Source of the DNA: a virus
Length of the DNA stretch: 31,254 nucleotides
IMG/VR virus record: IMGVR_UViG_3300035527_000189
Span: 66,889 to 98,142 of that record
Strand: one strand, 5' to 3'
Positions within the stretch are counted from its first letter, which is position 1. Each line of letters starts with the position of its first letter. This document shows positions 1 to 9,814 of the stretch, in pieces. The notes beneath the pieces were generated by a model. The model worked only from the letters and a program-made list of their open reading frames with translations, was not told where the DNA came from and made no database searches. Made by a program: the position numbers and the translations under genes.

Positions 1-20
1 TCAAGAGAGGGTAGAGTTTT

Positions 21-455
21 ATGGATAGTTTTCTAATTTCTGAATTATTCAGATTAGAGTTACATTGGGAATCGGCTGAATATAATAGGGAGGGTTATTG
101 TGATTTAGAAGGTGCTTATTTTTGTGGACCAGCGCTGTCGGTTGCTCAAGAAATAAATAGTAATGATCATTTGTTGTTGGATTTTCATTCACAGTATTTA
201 GTTTTAATTGATAATTTATATGTAGGTAAATTGTCTTGGGGAGAAGTTATTTATAAAGAAGATGGAAAAAAGGTTTATTTAAAAGATGTGGTTATTTATC
301 ATCCTACTGAATTAAATAAAGCACCTCGTTTAAAGAATGATGATTTTATAGTGATAGACACTAGAGGTCATGAACCAGAGAATCATATGTATAATCTTCT
401 ATATAAATCATATGTAATAAATCCGGATAAGGAGATGTATAATTTTAGAATATGA
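21..455 (+). CDS. hypothetical protein (144 aa)
   Basis: ORF with purine-rich upstream (GAGAGGG); its TGA overlaps the next ATG (ATGA at 452-455). No family recognised. Confidence 0.75.
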   Translation: MDSFLISELFRLELHWESAEYNREGYCDLEGAYFCGPALSVAQEINSNDHLLLDFHSQYLVLIDNLYVGKLSWGEVIYKEDGKKVYLKDVVIYHPTELNKAPRLKNDDFIVIDTRGHEPENHMYNLLYKSYVINPDKEMYNFRI

Positions 456-952
456 GTAGATTAAAATGTATAGATATTACCGGAACAACTAATGAAGAGA
501 TTTGGAAAGAGGTTCGTTTAGCTTATGGGCCAGTTCCTATATATGCTTCCCCTACGGATACAACTCCAAGTTACCTGCCACATGAAGTATTGATGAATTC
601 TGATATTGCTGAGTACAATAACTATATTAGTATATATGGTGCATCGGTTTCGTTTGATAAATGGCTTATATGGTTTATAGAGACTGGTTCTTCAGTATAT
701 GGAAATTTAAGAGAAAATAAAAAGAATGATCATGTAGGTCATTGTTATGCTCCTTGCCCATATGATACAGAAAGTTCTGATTTAAGATCAACTCATATGT
801 TAGGGTCAGTGCCTTCTAAAGTTCTACATGAGTTAGGAGGGGTACATTATTATTTAAGAACTAATGCTAGAGGTAACCATTGGGGTTACGAATGTACATT
901 TCCAGGCTGTCCATTTTATGTGGCGCATGGAGAAGCTTATTTTTATGTTTAA
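452..952 (+). CDS. hypothetical protein with C-terminal Cys/His cluster (possible Zn-binding)
   Basis: Translationally coupled to the upstream ORF; motifs HCYAPCP and YECTFPGCPFY. Confidence 0.75.
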   Translation: MSRLKCIDITGTTNEEIWKEVRLAYGPVPIYASPTDTTPSYLPHEVLMNSDIAEYNNYISIYGASVSFDKWLIWFIETGSSVYGNLRENKKNDHVGHCYAPCPYDTESSDLRSTHMLGSVPSKVLHELGGVHYYLRTNARGNHWGYECTFPGCPFYVAHGEAYFYV

Positions 953-970
953 TTAATTTAGGAGGAAGAT

Positions 971-1951
971 ATGGCAATTAATGTTAATACACAGGATTTA
1001 GAGAATTATCCAGGGCAAACAAAAAGAGTAACCATTGATTTAACTAGTGTTATCCCTATAGGTTATGAAGGTGACGAGCAATTTGTTATTAGTGCTTCTA
1101 CTTCAGCTTATAGTGATAATAACACTAATACAAATATACAAGATATGTATATTACTGATACAAAAGCAGGTTGGTGTAAGAGTTCAGGTTTTGTTGGATC
1201 GTCAGGAAAATTTGCTATTGATGATACACATAAGAGTTTGAAGGTTAAAATAGATGCTACCGTTAGTGGTACAGATGGTAATGGTTTTTATGTTATAGAT
1301 TTAACACCTAATGATGATAACACACCGGTACCAGGAGAAGTTATAGCTGAAGAGCTTGAGGAAAAAATCAGAGCACTTGTAGATAATTTAGAAACAGCTG
1401 ATATAGGTTTTTCTAATGCGTATAGGAATGCTTCTGTAGAATATAAATCCGGTAAGTTCTGGGTGGTTTCTGGTAGTATTTCTAAAAATTATACAGGTAA
1501 TAACAGGTCATCGGTTTTAATCATTCCGGCAGATACTAATGACTGTTCTTCGGAATTAGGTTTCGATTTACCAACTACCAGTACTGCTTTAGCTTCATTA
1601 GCTGTTAAGGAGACTCTTTTAAACTCTAGTTATACAGCAGATACAGACACATTAAGTATAAATACTGGGACTGGTGCTTCGGCTGGTAAAGTTTTTATGA
1701 TCACTGATGGTACTAATACAGATTATTTTACTGCATTATCTGGAACTAGTGATTCCAGTATTAAAGTTGCGACTGAATCTGTTAATGGTTTTACTGCAAT
1801 TTCTCATGATTACACTGCTTATGCAGCTAAAATTCAACTACTTAAAGAACAAGATCCTGAAGGTACACCTACTCCTTGGTATCAATCAATAGATAAATTA
1901 GTACGTTATGGTATTAAGGTTATGGCAAATCAAATAGATTATAGTAGTTAA
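971..1951 (+). CDS. putative virion structural protein (326 aa); N-terminal PxGYEGD module plus a domain shared with 14446 and 23689 ORFs
   Basis: AGGAGG SD at 960-965. Acidic S/T/G-rich composition. N-terminus resembles ORF 2945 (PIGYEGDEQF vs PKGYEGDPRW). GWCKSS...KIDA...IAEELEEKI...YRNASVEY...FWVVSGSI...ELGFD matches ORF 14446. Confidence 0.7.
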   Translation: MAINVNTQDLENYPGQTKRVTIDLTSVIPIGYEGDEQFVISASTSAYSDNNTNTNIQDMYITDTKAGWCKSSGFVGSSGKFAIDDTHKSLKVKIDATVSGTDGNGFYVIDLTPNDDNTPVPGEVIAEELEEKIRALVDNLETADIGFSNAYRNASVEYKSGKFWVVSGSISKNYTGNNRSSVLIIPADTNDCSSELGFDLPTTSTALASLAVKETLLNSSYTADTDTLSINTGTGASAGKVFMITDGTNTDYFTALSGTSDSSIKVATESVNGFTAISHDYTAYAAKIQLLKEQDPEGTPTPWYQSIDKLVRYGIKVMANQIDYSS

Positions 1952-1964
1952 TTATGGAGGAAGT

Positions 1965-2396
1965 ATGAAGGTAAAGGCTAAGGATTTTTTGGAGTATCTT
2001 TGTGAAAATTTAGATTTTAGATTTTTTGCCGGGGTACCATCGAAGGGGCTAAATTGTATATATGATGCTATGAATGCTAATATTATGCATTATATACCAG
2101 CTATGGATGAAAAAATAGCTTTTAACCTTAGTGCTGGCGCATTTGTTTCGGGTTATAGAGCAGCGGTCTTAATAGACTCTGAAAATATAGAGGAATTGGA
2201 GTTTTATTATAATAAGTTTAATTTAGGGCTTACTATAAATTTATTAATCATAGTATATGAGAATACTAAAACCAAATTTAATAGATATAATTTTAAAGGT
2301 AACTTTGACTCTTTTAATGAATTTGTTGAAAAGATCTATATTGAGAATTTAGGCCCTTGTGTAGTAGTTATAGAAGAAGGGGTATTAGATGGATAG
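1965..2396 (+). CDS. degenerate ThDP-enzyme PYR domain, ComD / phosphonopyruvate decarboxylase alpha-like
   Basis: GGAGG SD. FFAGVPS...YIPAMDEKIAFNLSAGAFVSGYRAAVLI matches the ComD/Ppd pattern FxxGVP...IPAxxExxAxxxxAGAxxxG; the catalytic Glu position is kept. The QNSG motif is replaced by DSEN and the downstream RG..PQ loop is missing. Confidence 0.75.
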   Translation: MKVKAKDFLEYLCENLDFRFFAGVPSKGLNCIYDAMNANIMHYIPAMDEKIAFNLSAGAFVSGYRAAVLIDSENIEELEFYYNKFNLGLTINLLIIVYENTKTKFNRYNFKGNFDSFNEFVEKIYIENLGPCVVVIEEGVLDG

Positions 2397-2976
2397 AAAA
2401 AGAGCACTTAATTATATAGATTATATTTTTGATGAAGAGGATATGATTGTTTATATAGGTGAGGTTGTTTGTAGTGAAGTTACTAATAAGGATAGGGAAT
2501 TTGTTTTATTTTTTGATGATAAACTAGATTATTTTTCTTTAGTTTTAGGTATAGCTATGACAACTAATAAACGTATTGTTATTGTTTGTGAGGATTATAG
2601 TATTCTTAAGTATTTTAAGTCAGTTATTCACATAGCTATTAGTCAATGTACCAATATAATTATATTAGTACTAAAGACTGGTGAATACACTTTAACTGGA
2701 GGACAACCTACTACGTTTGATTCAATTAGATCACCTAAAGGTGTATTTTTTAATATAGGTTTCTTAACACATGATTATACAAACCATTTTAAAAACAAAA
2801 GTACTTTAAATAATGTTATTACTACATTAAATAGAATCAAGGTCCCGGTTTTGGGAATTATAAATATAGATAATAAACGTCTTTTTGAGGATGAATTACC
2901 ACAACAAGATTTTTTAGATAAAGTTTTAAAATTAAGGGAATACAATGCCACACATATTAGTACAGAACACTCTTAA
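2389..2976 (+). CDS. degenerate ThDP-enzyme PP domain, ComE / phosphonopyruvate decarboxylase beta-like
   Basis: Overlaps the alpha-like ORF by 8 nt. MxRxxA start, KDRE, LGIAMxxxKRIVIV and TGGQPT match ComE/Ppd-beta. GSMG is absent, GDGS is EDYS, and the DN/NN Mg ligand is KT. Confidence 0.75.
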   Translation: MDRKRALNYIDYIFDEEDMIVYIGEVVCSEVTNKDREFVLFFDDKLDYFSLVLGIAMTTNKRIVIVCEDYSILKYFKSVIHIAISQCTNIIILVLKTGEYTLTGGQPTTFDSIRSPKGVFFNIGFLTHDYTNHFKNKSTLNNVITTLNRIKVPVLGIINIDNKRLFEDELPQQDFLDKVLKLREYNATHISTEHS

Positions 2977-3457
2977 TGATCAATTAACTGTGAAGTTTAA
3001 TGTTAATTTAGTTAATTTCTATCCCAAAGGTTATGAAGGCGATCCTCGTTGGATATTAGAGGTTGCTACTACTTATCCTTCAGTCAGTGGTACTGCTATT
3101 GCACCTTGTTATGTAGATGTTATTGGTCCTGATGAAAATATAGATGATTTGATTTCAGAAGGTGTGTCTAATTTGGCTTCTCAAATTGATTGGGGACCCT
3201 TTATTAAAGATCTTGATGATCCTTATGTATCTAGTTTTTTACCTGTAGATACGAATACTGTGCCTATAGAATCAAATGTTTATTTAGATTTAAAAGATAG
3301 CATGCCTTCAGCGGGTATGGATTTATCTGAAATTAAAGTTATCATAAATAACGGGGTTGAGGATTTTGATATAACTAGTGATTGTATAATAGAGGGAGAT
3401 CCTTTATACTATAAAATAAAATGGAAGCCTCCCATAAGAGAATATAGAAGGGAATAG
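2945..3457 (+). CDS. putative structural protein: PxGYEGD module plus C-terminal Big_5-like Ig domain
   Basis: N-terminus is paralogous to ORF 971. C-terminal PYVSSFLP...VPIESNVYLDLKD...GMDLSEIKVIIN resembles PYIENQYP...VPIDTDISFDIKD..GVDIETLEVYIN in ORF 5911. Confidence 0.7.
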   Translation: MPHILVQNTLNDQLTVKFNVNLVNFYPKGYEGDPRWILEVATTYPSVSGTAIAPCYVDVIGPDENIDDLISEGVSNLASQIDWGPFIKDLDDPYVSSFLPVDTNTVPIESNVYLDLKDSMPSAGMDLSEIKVIINNGVEDFDITSDCIIEGDPLYYKIKWKPPIREYRRE

Positions 3458-3460
3458 TTT

Positions 3461-4684
3461 ATGACTGAAAATTTAAAATTTAGAAAACCGCACATGACAA
3501 GAGTAGATGGTTACTTTTATATGTTTGATGAAGAAACTGATATGCTTTTAGCTAAATCTGATGATGGGGTAACAGCATTTTCTTATCCCTTTGACACACT
3601 TTTAAACTCAACTATTTTAAGTGCTGAATATGATGGGATTAATTATTGGTCTATAGAAGCGGGCACAGCTGATACCATGGTTATAAGAAGATGGCGCATA
3701 GAAAATTATATATGTAATTTAAAACAAACAGTAACTTTAAGTAGCCCGTCACACATATTTGATTCAGAAGCTTTTACTGTGGAACATTATCATTGTACTG
3801 TTAGTGGGGGATATTCTTCTGGCGATACGGAGATTACTATAAATGAGGAGATGCCTGGAGATCTTACAAGTGGTATGTACGTTACTTTACTTAATGATGC
3901 CGAGAATGAAACAATATCTGTACAAAATGTTATTGGTAATGTTATTACATTAGCTGATCCTGTAACAAAAGATTATACGGACGGAGACGCCTTACTTTTT
4001 TATAATAATATATGGCTATTTAATAATGCTTATGGTACTGATAGTACTAAAGGTGCTTTATACAAGATCAATGCTTACTCTGGTTCTGTTGTTCAAACTT
4101 TTGTTAGTGGGGCATATAGAGATATAAAAGCATGTACATTTTCAAATGTAGATCATTTCACTGATTTTGGGGCGGTGGACTCATTAATGTATGTTAAAGC
4201 AAGTAATCTTTTATTTATAAATATAAGTTCTTCACCTTTAGTTTATTATGGTTCTATGGCAATGGATACAATTGATGCTAATGATGTAGATGTTATAAGT
4301 GTTTATGATATATCTGTAGAGAGAAAAAATCTTTATAGACTTCAGAGAAAAGCTACTTATTTTGGAACCACAACTGATTGGTCTCAATATAATTATCAAC
4401 CTGCTACATTTAATCAGATGGTGTCTTCTATATCTGTGTCAGCCAGTCCTAATGTTATTGCTGCTAATCAAGTTAGTACTTCAGATCTTACTGCCAGGGT
4501 TCGAGATCAGTTTGGTCAGCCGGTAGAGGCACGTTTAGTTTATTTTGAAGAAGACGATCCTGATGGTGAAATTTCTTCAGGCTCAGGTGGAGTGAATACC
4601 GATTCTAAAGGGGAGGCGAATGCAGTTTATCTGTCAGGTTTGTCTGCTAGATTGGTTAAGATTACTGCCACTGTTAATCAATAA
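3461..4684 (+). CDS. putative virion surface protein, paralog 1 of 3, C-terminal Big_1 (invasin/intimin-type) Ig domain
   Basis: C-terminal LTARVRDQFGQPVEARLVYF...TDSKGEANAVYLSG...ITATV is a Big_1 pattern; shares IRRW, WLFN and LYRLQ motifs with the next two ORFs. Confidence 0.75.
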   Translation: MTENLKFRKPHMTRVDGYFYMFDEETDMLLAKSDDGVTAFSYPFDTLLNSTILSAEYDGINYWSIEAGTADTMVIRRWRIENYICNLKQTVTLSSPSHIFDSEAFTVEHYHCTVSGGYSSGDTEITINEEMPGDLTSGMYVTLLNDAENETISVQNVIGNVITLADPVTKDYTDGDALLFYNNIWLFNNAYGTDSTKGALYKINAYSGSVVQTFVSGAYRDIKACTFSNVDHFTDFGAVDSLMYVKASNLLFINISSSPLVYYGSMAMDTIDANDVDVISVYDISVERKNLYRLQRKATYFGTTTDWSQYNYQPATFNQMVSSISVSASPNVIAANQVSTSDLTARVRDQFGQPVEARLVYFEEDDPDGEISSGSGGVNTDSKGEANAVYLSGLSARLVKITATVNQ

Positions 4685-5901
4685 TGTCAGGTCAAAATAT
4701 AAAAATACCTTATCCATCTTTTACTATTAAGGATGGGTATTTCTTTTTTTTTAATCATGTAAATAATATTCTCTACCAAAAGAATAGTTCTGGTGATGTT
4801 ACTTTTACATACCCACTCTTAACCTCCCTTGAAAATATGCCAGTGTTATCTACTCATTATGATGGCACTAGTTTTTGGACGATCCAATCAACTAGTACTT
4901 CTAATAATAGAGTTATAAGAAGATGGAGGCTTGAAGATTTTTTTTGTAAAGCAATAGAAGAGGTTTCTTTAGATAGTACTACAACAGATTATTACTATGA
5001 CATAGAGTCTATGTCTGTTGAGGCCTACCCTTCTGTTTTAGCATCAGGTATAGGCAAAGGCAATTCAAAAATATACATAGATGGTTATATGGATAAGATC
5101 TCCTCTGGTTCAAGGTTAACAATCGGCCCGAACAATGACGGGTATTATGAGGATGTAACAGTGACTGGTGTATTGAATAACGGATCAGTCGGTCTTGATT
5201 TTTATACATTTAAAGATTTTGAGGCAGGAACTAATGTATCAATAGTAGACAATATTTGGCTTTTTAATGATTATGATCATAAAACTCTTCAAGGGACACT
5301 TTGCAGATATAATATGGTTAACGATTCAATTGATTATTCACTATCTGATGATGACCTTTCTAATGTTGATGCAAGTACTTTTTATATAACACCTTCAGGT
5401 AATTATATTTTATTTGTTTTGGGCACTTCATTAAGGTTTTTTAATATAGAGACTAAAACATTTGATCGGACGCTTTTTATGGATAATTCAACTACTAGTA
5501 ATAGTACTATAGCTATAAAAGAAATAGAAATAAATGGTGATACTTTGTTTAGGTTGCAAGGCGGGTTTACTTATTATGGGACTTATTACAACCCTTCTAA
5601 TTATCACTACCAATGTTCTCCTATGAGGTCTTTTGTGGATTCAATTACCATGGATGTTTACCCTAAAATTATGCCAAGTGATGGTATGAGTGTTGTAGGG
5701 GTTAATGCTATTGTTCAAGATCAGTATTCAGAACCTGCACAAGGTAAAATTGTTAGATTTTCAGATGATGATGATCAGTATGGGTTTATGACTATATCAG
5801 AACCTTTAACTAATAATCAAGGATTAGCAAAGTCTTATTATAAATCTGGGACATCACCTAAAACAGTCACTATAACAGCTTATACAACTCAATACGATTA
5901 A
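4684..5901 (+). CDS. putative virion surface protein, paralog 2 of 3, C-terminal Big_1 Ig domain
   Basis: TAATG coupling to the previous ORF; colinear with it (YDGxxFW, VIRRWRLE, NIWLFN, LFRLQ, VQDQYSEP...TNNQGLA..YYKSG..TITA). Confidence 0.75.
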   Translation: MSGQNIKIPYPSFTIKDGYFFFFNHVNNILYQKNSSGDVTFTYPLLTSLENMPVLSTHYDGTSFWTIQSTSTSNNRVIRRWRLEDFFCKAIEEVSLDSTTTDYYYDIESMSVEAYPSVLASGIGKGNSKIYIDGYMDKISSGSRLTIGPNNDGYYEDVTVTGVLNNGSVGLDFYTFKDFEAGTNVSIVDNIWLFNDYDHKTLQGTLCRYNMVNDSIDYSLSDDDLSNVDASTFYITPSGNYILFVLGTSLRFFNIETKTFDRTLFMDNSTTSNSTIAIKEIEINGDTLFRLQGGFTYYGTYYNPSNYHYQCSPMRSFVDSITMDVYPKIMPSDGMSVVGVNAIVQDQYSEPAQGKIVRFSDDDDQYGFMTISEPLTNNQGLAKSYYKSGTSPKTVTITAYTTQYD

Positions 5902-5910
5902 AGGGGTAAT

Positions 5911-8634
5911 ATGTACGAAAATATAAGAAATAATAGACCAAATTTTTGTATTGGTCCACAGACTGGTACCTTCTGTATGGTAGATGATGAGGCTTCCCCA
6001 GTAGTTATGCAGGTAAAGAATACTTCAGGTACTCTAATTAGATCCTACCTATTTAATCCTACAGATACCCTACCTTCTCCCCCAGATTTTGAGTTTACCT
6101 CTATAAAATATGTAGGTCCATACAATCAATCTTCTTTTTATGATGGAGCGATTTTTTATACCCTGGAAAGAGGAAAGACCGATCAAGTATATAATAAAAA
6201 TATTATAAGGCGTTGGGTTTTAGATGCTACTAATTTTAGATTAGATTTAGCAGCTATTTATACTAAAACAAGCGATGATGACTATTGGTATGGTGGTAGG
6301 GCATTTTGTGTACAGAATATACAAACTACACTTGCAGATCATGTATCTATTGGTACTGGTTCTATAACACTTACTACAACCAGTGGTTTGGAGAAATATG
6401 ATACCGTTTTAATAGGGCCATCAAGCGATGTTACAAACATAGGTGTAGTTGAAGAGGCTTATGTGCATTCTATCTCCGGAGATGATGTTGAATTAAGAAC
6501 TTATGGGGGAGCCATCCCTACTTCTTATGAATACGTGTCTAATGATCCAGTAACTATTTTTAAGGATATATTACTTTTTTCAGATTCTAAATCTACAGAT
6601 AATGAAGGTTATTTGTATTCTTTATCCCATAAAGATTATGGGGCTACCGTAGCTTCAGGTTGTAGTGGCGCTTTTGATGATGTTAATGTTGCTACCTGGA
6701 ACAATTATTCTAATTGTTTAAGTTTTGTAAAAGCCCAAAACCTTATTCATCTAAAAATGCATGATTATAAACCTGCTTTATCTCAAAACCTAACTCTTAC
6801 AAAGCCAGATAAAGTAGAGTTTATACCAATTTATGGTTTAGACATGAATGGTACTGATATATACAGACTTCAGAAGGAAATTTTTCAAAGAAGTTCTGGT
6901 GCAGGTTATAGTTTAGAAGAATGGACTACATATAATTATTTAGTTGATACTATGGAGCCTTATACTAATTCTGTTACTGTTTTTTCTGATAATACTATTT
7001 TATTTTATCAGGGTGTTGGTTATGTTACTGCTGTTGTTAGAGATCAATATGGGGTAGGTCTTTCTAATGAATCTGTTTTGTTTACTTTTGAGGGGGACCT
7101 TGAAGCAGATTTAGACCCGTCAGATGGTCAGATGGTTACAGATTCTAATGGTAGGTGCACAATTAAATATACTGCAGGCTCAAGTTTTTTTGGTAGAGCT
7201 ACTATAATTGCTAGGGCTTCTAGTGGTAATACTGTTCATGGAAGCAGTTATGTTTATGGTAAGACTGATATTCCAACACATCCTAGTATTACTCATGAGG
7301 GGTTGATATTTTCCAAAGAGAATGATCCGTTAGATAGTTGTAGTATTATGTGTAATATAAGTGGTTTTAATCAAGATGTATATATACCTTGTTATGTTAG
7401 AAGTTCTTTTCCAGGAGGACCTTGGATTTGGAACAGAAGTACGGATGAGCAAGAAAATCCCACAGTTGAAAGCAGGAATACAGCTTCATATTTAACTTCA
7501 GGGTATTATAATAATTTCAGTATATACACTTCTTATCAACCAATCCTTAATCAATTACAATGGAATGAGGGACAGGGTAGATTTACAAATCTTCAAGAAG
7601 AAGATAGTAGTGGTGTAAGAATAACTTTACCGACTACAAATTTGATACAATCTAAACCTGAACAATATATGAATTTAGTGTCAGTTGAGGAAGCACAAGA
7701 CTATTTGAATTTAAGTCAGAATTATTTAAGTAGGCATCTACCTACAGGTCATATAGTTACTTCTACTTTAGATCAATATGTTTTTATACAAGAAGCTAGT
7801 CCAGATTTTTGGTCAGAGAAAAACCCAACCAATATTAACTACTGGATAAGGTTAAGACCTTTTGCTACTAGTCTTAATCCATCTACGCTTAAAATATATT
7901 TTTCAGAGGCTTCTTATGCTAATATTACTCCTTGGATTGATATTGCTCCTTTAGGGGTAATAAATACTTTTGATGCTGGGGGCGGTTTAGATGGTATAGA
8001 TTTCAGTTATGCTTTTTCTGAAAAATTTCATCATAATTCTATTATCAATATTGATATCAGAGTGTATGATACTTCACCAATACCAAACCTATTAACTATT
8101 ACCTATTGGTTTAAGATTGTTCCAGATTATAGAATACCATATATAGAAAACCAATACCCTGAAATTGAAGCCTACTCTGTACCTATAGATACTGATATAT
8201 CTTTTGATATTAAAGATGAAGGTGAGGGGGTAGATATAGAAACATTAGAAGTATATATAAATAATTCCTCTATACCTTATTCGTATGAAGAAATAGGTGT
8301 TTATCAATACCATGTTGTATGTAACTTAAGTAGCAATTTTTATTATGGTGAGAAAGTTACAGTCTTTGTTGCAGTAAAAGATAAATCAGAAAATGCTAAT
8401 CTATTAAGAGATGGTTGGGTGTTTTACTGTTTTGAAAGTACGGGTCCTTGGTTTGATGCAGACAATGTAAGTCCTGGTAAATGCTTAGAGGGTAGAATAA
8501 GAAGTGAGGATGATATTCATATGCAAGTTTATGGTATTAATGATACAGGCATTGAATACGATAGTATAAAAATTGAAGTTGGTGGAAAATATCGTGATGT
8601 TAAGATTACACCTATTGTTTATCGTTTGAGATAA
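5911..8634 (+). CDS. putative virion surface protein, paralog 3 of 3, extended by additional Ig-like domains (907 aa)
   Basis: AAGGGG SD. N-terminal half has the same IIRRW, IYRLQ and VRDQYG..TDSNGRC Big_1 motifs. C-terminal Big_5-like segment PYIENQYP...FYYGEKVTVFVAVKD. Confidence 0.75.
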   Translation: MYENIRNNRPNFCIGPQTGTFCMVDDEASPVVMQVKNTSGTLIRSYLFNPTDTLPSPPDFEFTSIKYVGPYNQSSFYDGAIFYTLERGKTDQVYNKNIIRRWVLDATNFRLDLAAIYTKTSDDDYWYGGRAFCVQNIQTTLADHVSIGTGSITLTTTSGLEKYDTVLIGPSSDVTNIGVVEEAYVHSISGDDVELRTYGGAIPTSYEYVSNDPVTIFKDILLFSDSKSTDNEGYLYSLSHKDYGATVASGCSGAFDDVNVATWNNYSNCLSFVKAQNLIHLKMHDYKPALSQNLTLTKPDKVEFIPIYGLDMNGTDIYRLQKEIFQRSSGAGYSLEEWTTYNYLVDTMEPYTNSVTVFSDNTILFYQGVGYVTAVVRDQYGVGLSNESVLFTFEGDLEADLDPSDGQMVTDSNGRCTIKYTAGSSFFGRATIIARASSGNTVHGSSYVYGKTDIPTHPSITHEGLIFSKENDPLDSCSIMCNISGFNQDVYIPCYVRSSFPGGPWIWNRSTDEQENPTVESRNTASYLTSGYYNNFSIYTSYQPILNQLQWNEGQGRFTNLQEEDSSGVRITLPTTNLIQSKPEQYMNLVSVEEAQDYLNLSQNYLSRHLPTGHIVTSTLDQYVFIQEASPDFWSEKNPTNINYWIRLRPFATSLNPSTLKIYFSEASYANITPWIDIAPLGVINTFDAGGGLDGIDFSYAFSEKFHHNSIINIDIRVYDTSPIPNLLTITYWFKIVPDYRIPYIENQYPEIEAYSVPIDTDISFDIKDEGEGVDIETLEVYINNSSIPYSYEEIGVYQYHVVCNLSSNFYYGEKVTVFVAVKDKSENANLLRDGWVFYCFESTGPWFDADNVSPGKCLEGRIRSEDDIHMQVYGINDTGIEYDSIKIEVGGKYRDVKITPIVYRLR

Positions 8635-8636
8635 TT

Positions 8637-8657
8637 AAGTAACCTTTATAATTGTAG
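8637..8657 (+). promoter_or_regulatory. intergenic motif copy 1, candidate phage-specific promoter
   Basis: AAGTAACCTTTATAATTGTAG; matches AACTAACCTTTATATTAGTAG at 16084-16104 at 18 of 21 positions. Both copies are intergenic. Confidence 0.5.
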
Positions 8658-8666
8658 GAGGATTTT

Positions 8667-9341
8667 ATGGCAGAACCTATTTTATCATTTATATATAATG
8701 TAACAGAAAATGATTCACCTTATTTGGGGTCGGGCGGGGATAATGGTGATTGGCAGGAGATTTATATTTCTACAGGTGCTATGGCCTCTGGGATCTCTGA
8801 TATTAAAGTTTATACTGGGGGCGGGATTAATCCGGCTGTTGAAACACCTACTGCCGCATTTGGTAGAAGAGAAGCTACAATAAGGCCAGTAGTTGGTACA
8901 TATCCAGTACCTCAAATTTATATAGAATCTACTGAAGACAACATAATGTATCATGTACCTTTGGCTAGTGGACAGCCAAATGATAATAGGTATGTTTTTG
9001 GTGTGTATGTGGATGGTTTAGTGACAAGTGATATCTATTTAGAAATGTGGGATGATAATACTTTTTCTACAACCTCTCTTCCTACTTTATCAGGGACAGT
9101 TAATTATCCGCATTCTATATTTAATGCAATAAGAACTACAGATTCGGCACCACCATCAGATTGGGATGGTGATGATGTTAATGCTGTGTATTTAGCTGGG
9201 TATAATAATAGGTTAGGACTTAAAGGCTCTGATACTATTCAAAATGAAGCAGTATATTATAGTATGTATGCTAATATACCTTGGGATTTAGAGTTTACTC
9301 ACGACCAACCGGTCGAGGGTTATAGATATTTATATATTTAA
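8667..9341 (+). CDS. putative structural protein (224 aa) with LxxWDDxTxSTT motif
   Basis: AGGAGG SD. LEMWDDNTFSTT matches LTAWDDDTHSTT in the C-terminal domain of ORF 10280; both end in an aromatic motif (YRYLYI / LHYEYT). Confidence 0.7.
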   Translation: MAEPILSFIYNVTENDSPYLGSGGDNGDWQEIYISTGAMASGISDIKVYTGGGINPAVETPTAAFGRREATIRPVVGTYPVPQIYIESTEDNIMYHVPLASGQPNDNRYVFGVYVDGLVTSDIYLEMWDDNTFSTTSLPTLSGTVNYPHSIFNAIRTTDSAPPSDWDGDDVNAVYLAGYNNRLGLKGSDTIQNEAVYYSMYANIPWDLEFTHDQPVEGYRYLYI

Positions 9342-9349
9342 GGAGTATT

Positions 9350-9802
9350 ATGGAAAATAAATTAAAATCAGTAAGAAATTTGGATGCTGTTGATGGTACT
9401 ATTTATGGAAAACACAATACAGCACAGATGGTCAATCCATATAAATCTAAATTTGTTGTTTATTATTCTAATGGGGATGTAAAAGAAGGCAACAATTTAT
9501 ATGATACTGGATGGGATAATGTTCATGATGGTATTAAGTTACTTCAATATAGATTATCAACAGGCCATGTAATCAATATACCAAAATTCAGAGGCTATTT
9601 TCCAACGATAGAGGTTAGTGAATCTGTAGAAGGATTCAAATTGTTTCATGCTATTCATGTTAAATGTTTAGCCGATGATAAGATCTTAAAATATAAGATT
9701 ATACTTAAGCAAGATCAAATTAGTAAATATAAAATTGGAGATGTTATAGTATCTGAAGAAACAGGTAATTGTACTTCTCCTCACTGGAAAATGGCAGGTT
9801 AA
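9350..9802 (+). CDS. hypothetical protein (150 aa), possible paralog of ORF 17420
   Basis: AAGGAG SD overlapping the previous stop. FVVYYSNGDV...WDNVHDGIKLLQY resembles WVATLNDGTV...WKEVPNKDIKSLTL. Confidence 0.7.
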   Translation: MENKLKSVRNLDAVDGTIYGKHNTAQMVNPYKSKFVVYYSNGDVKEGNNLYDTGWDNVHDGIKLLQYRLSTGHVINIPKFRGYFPTIEVSESVEGFKLFHAIHVKCLADDKILKYKIILKQDQISKYKIGDVIVSEETGNCTSPHWKMAG

Positions 9803-9814
9803 AGGAGAATATAA

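Noticed and set aside
1965-2976. Assigning comD/comE or aepY symbols and a functional coenzyme M or phosphonate pathway
   Set aside because: Cofactor-binding motifs are degenerate and no other pathway gene is in the window.
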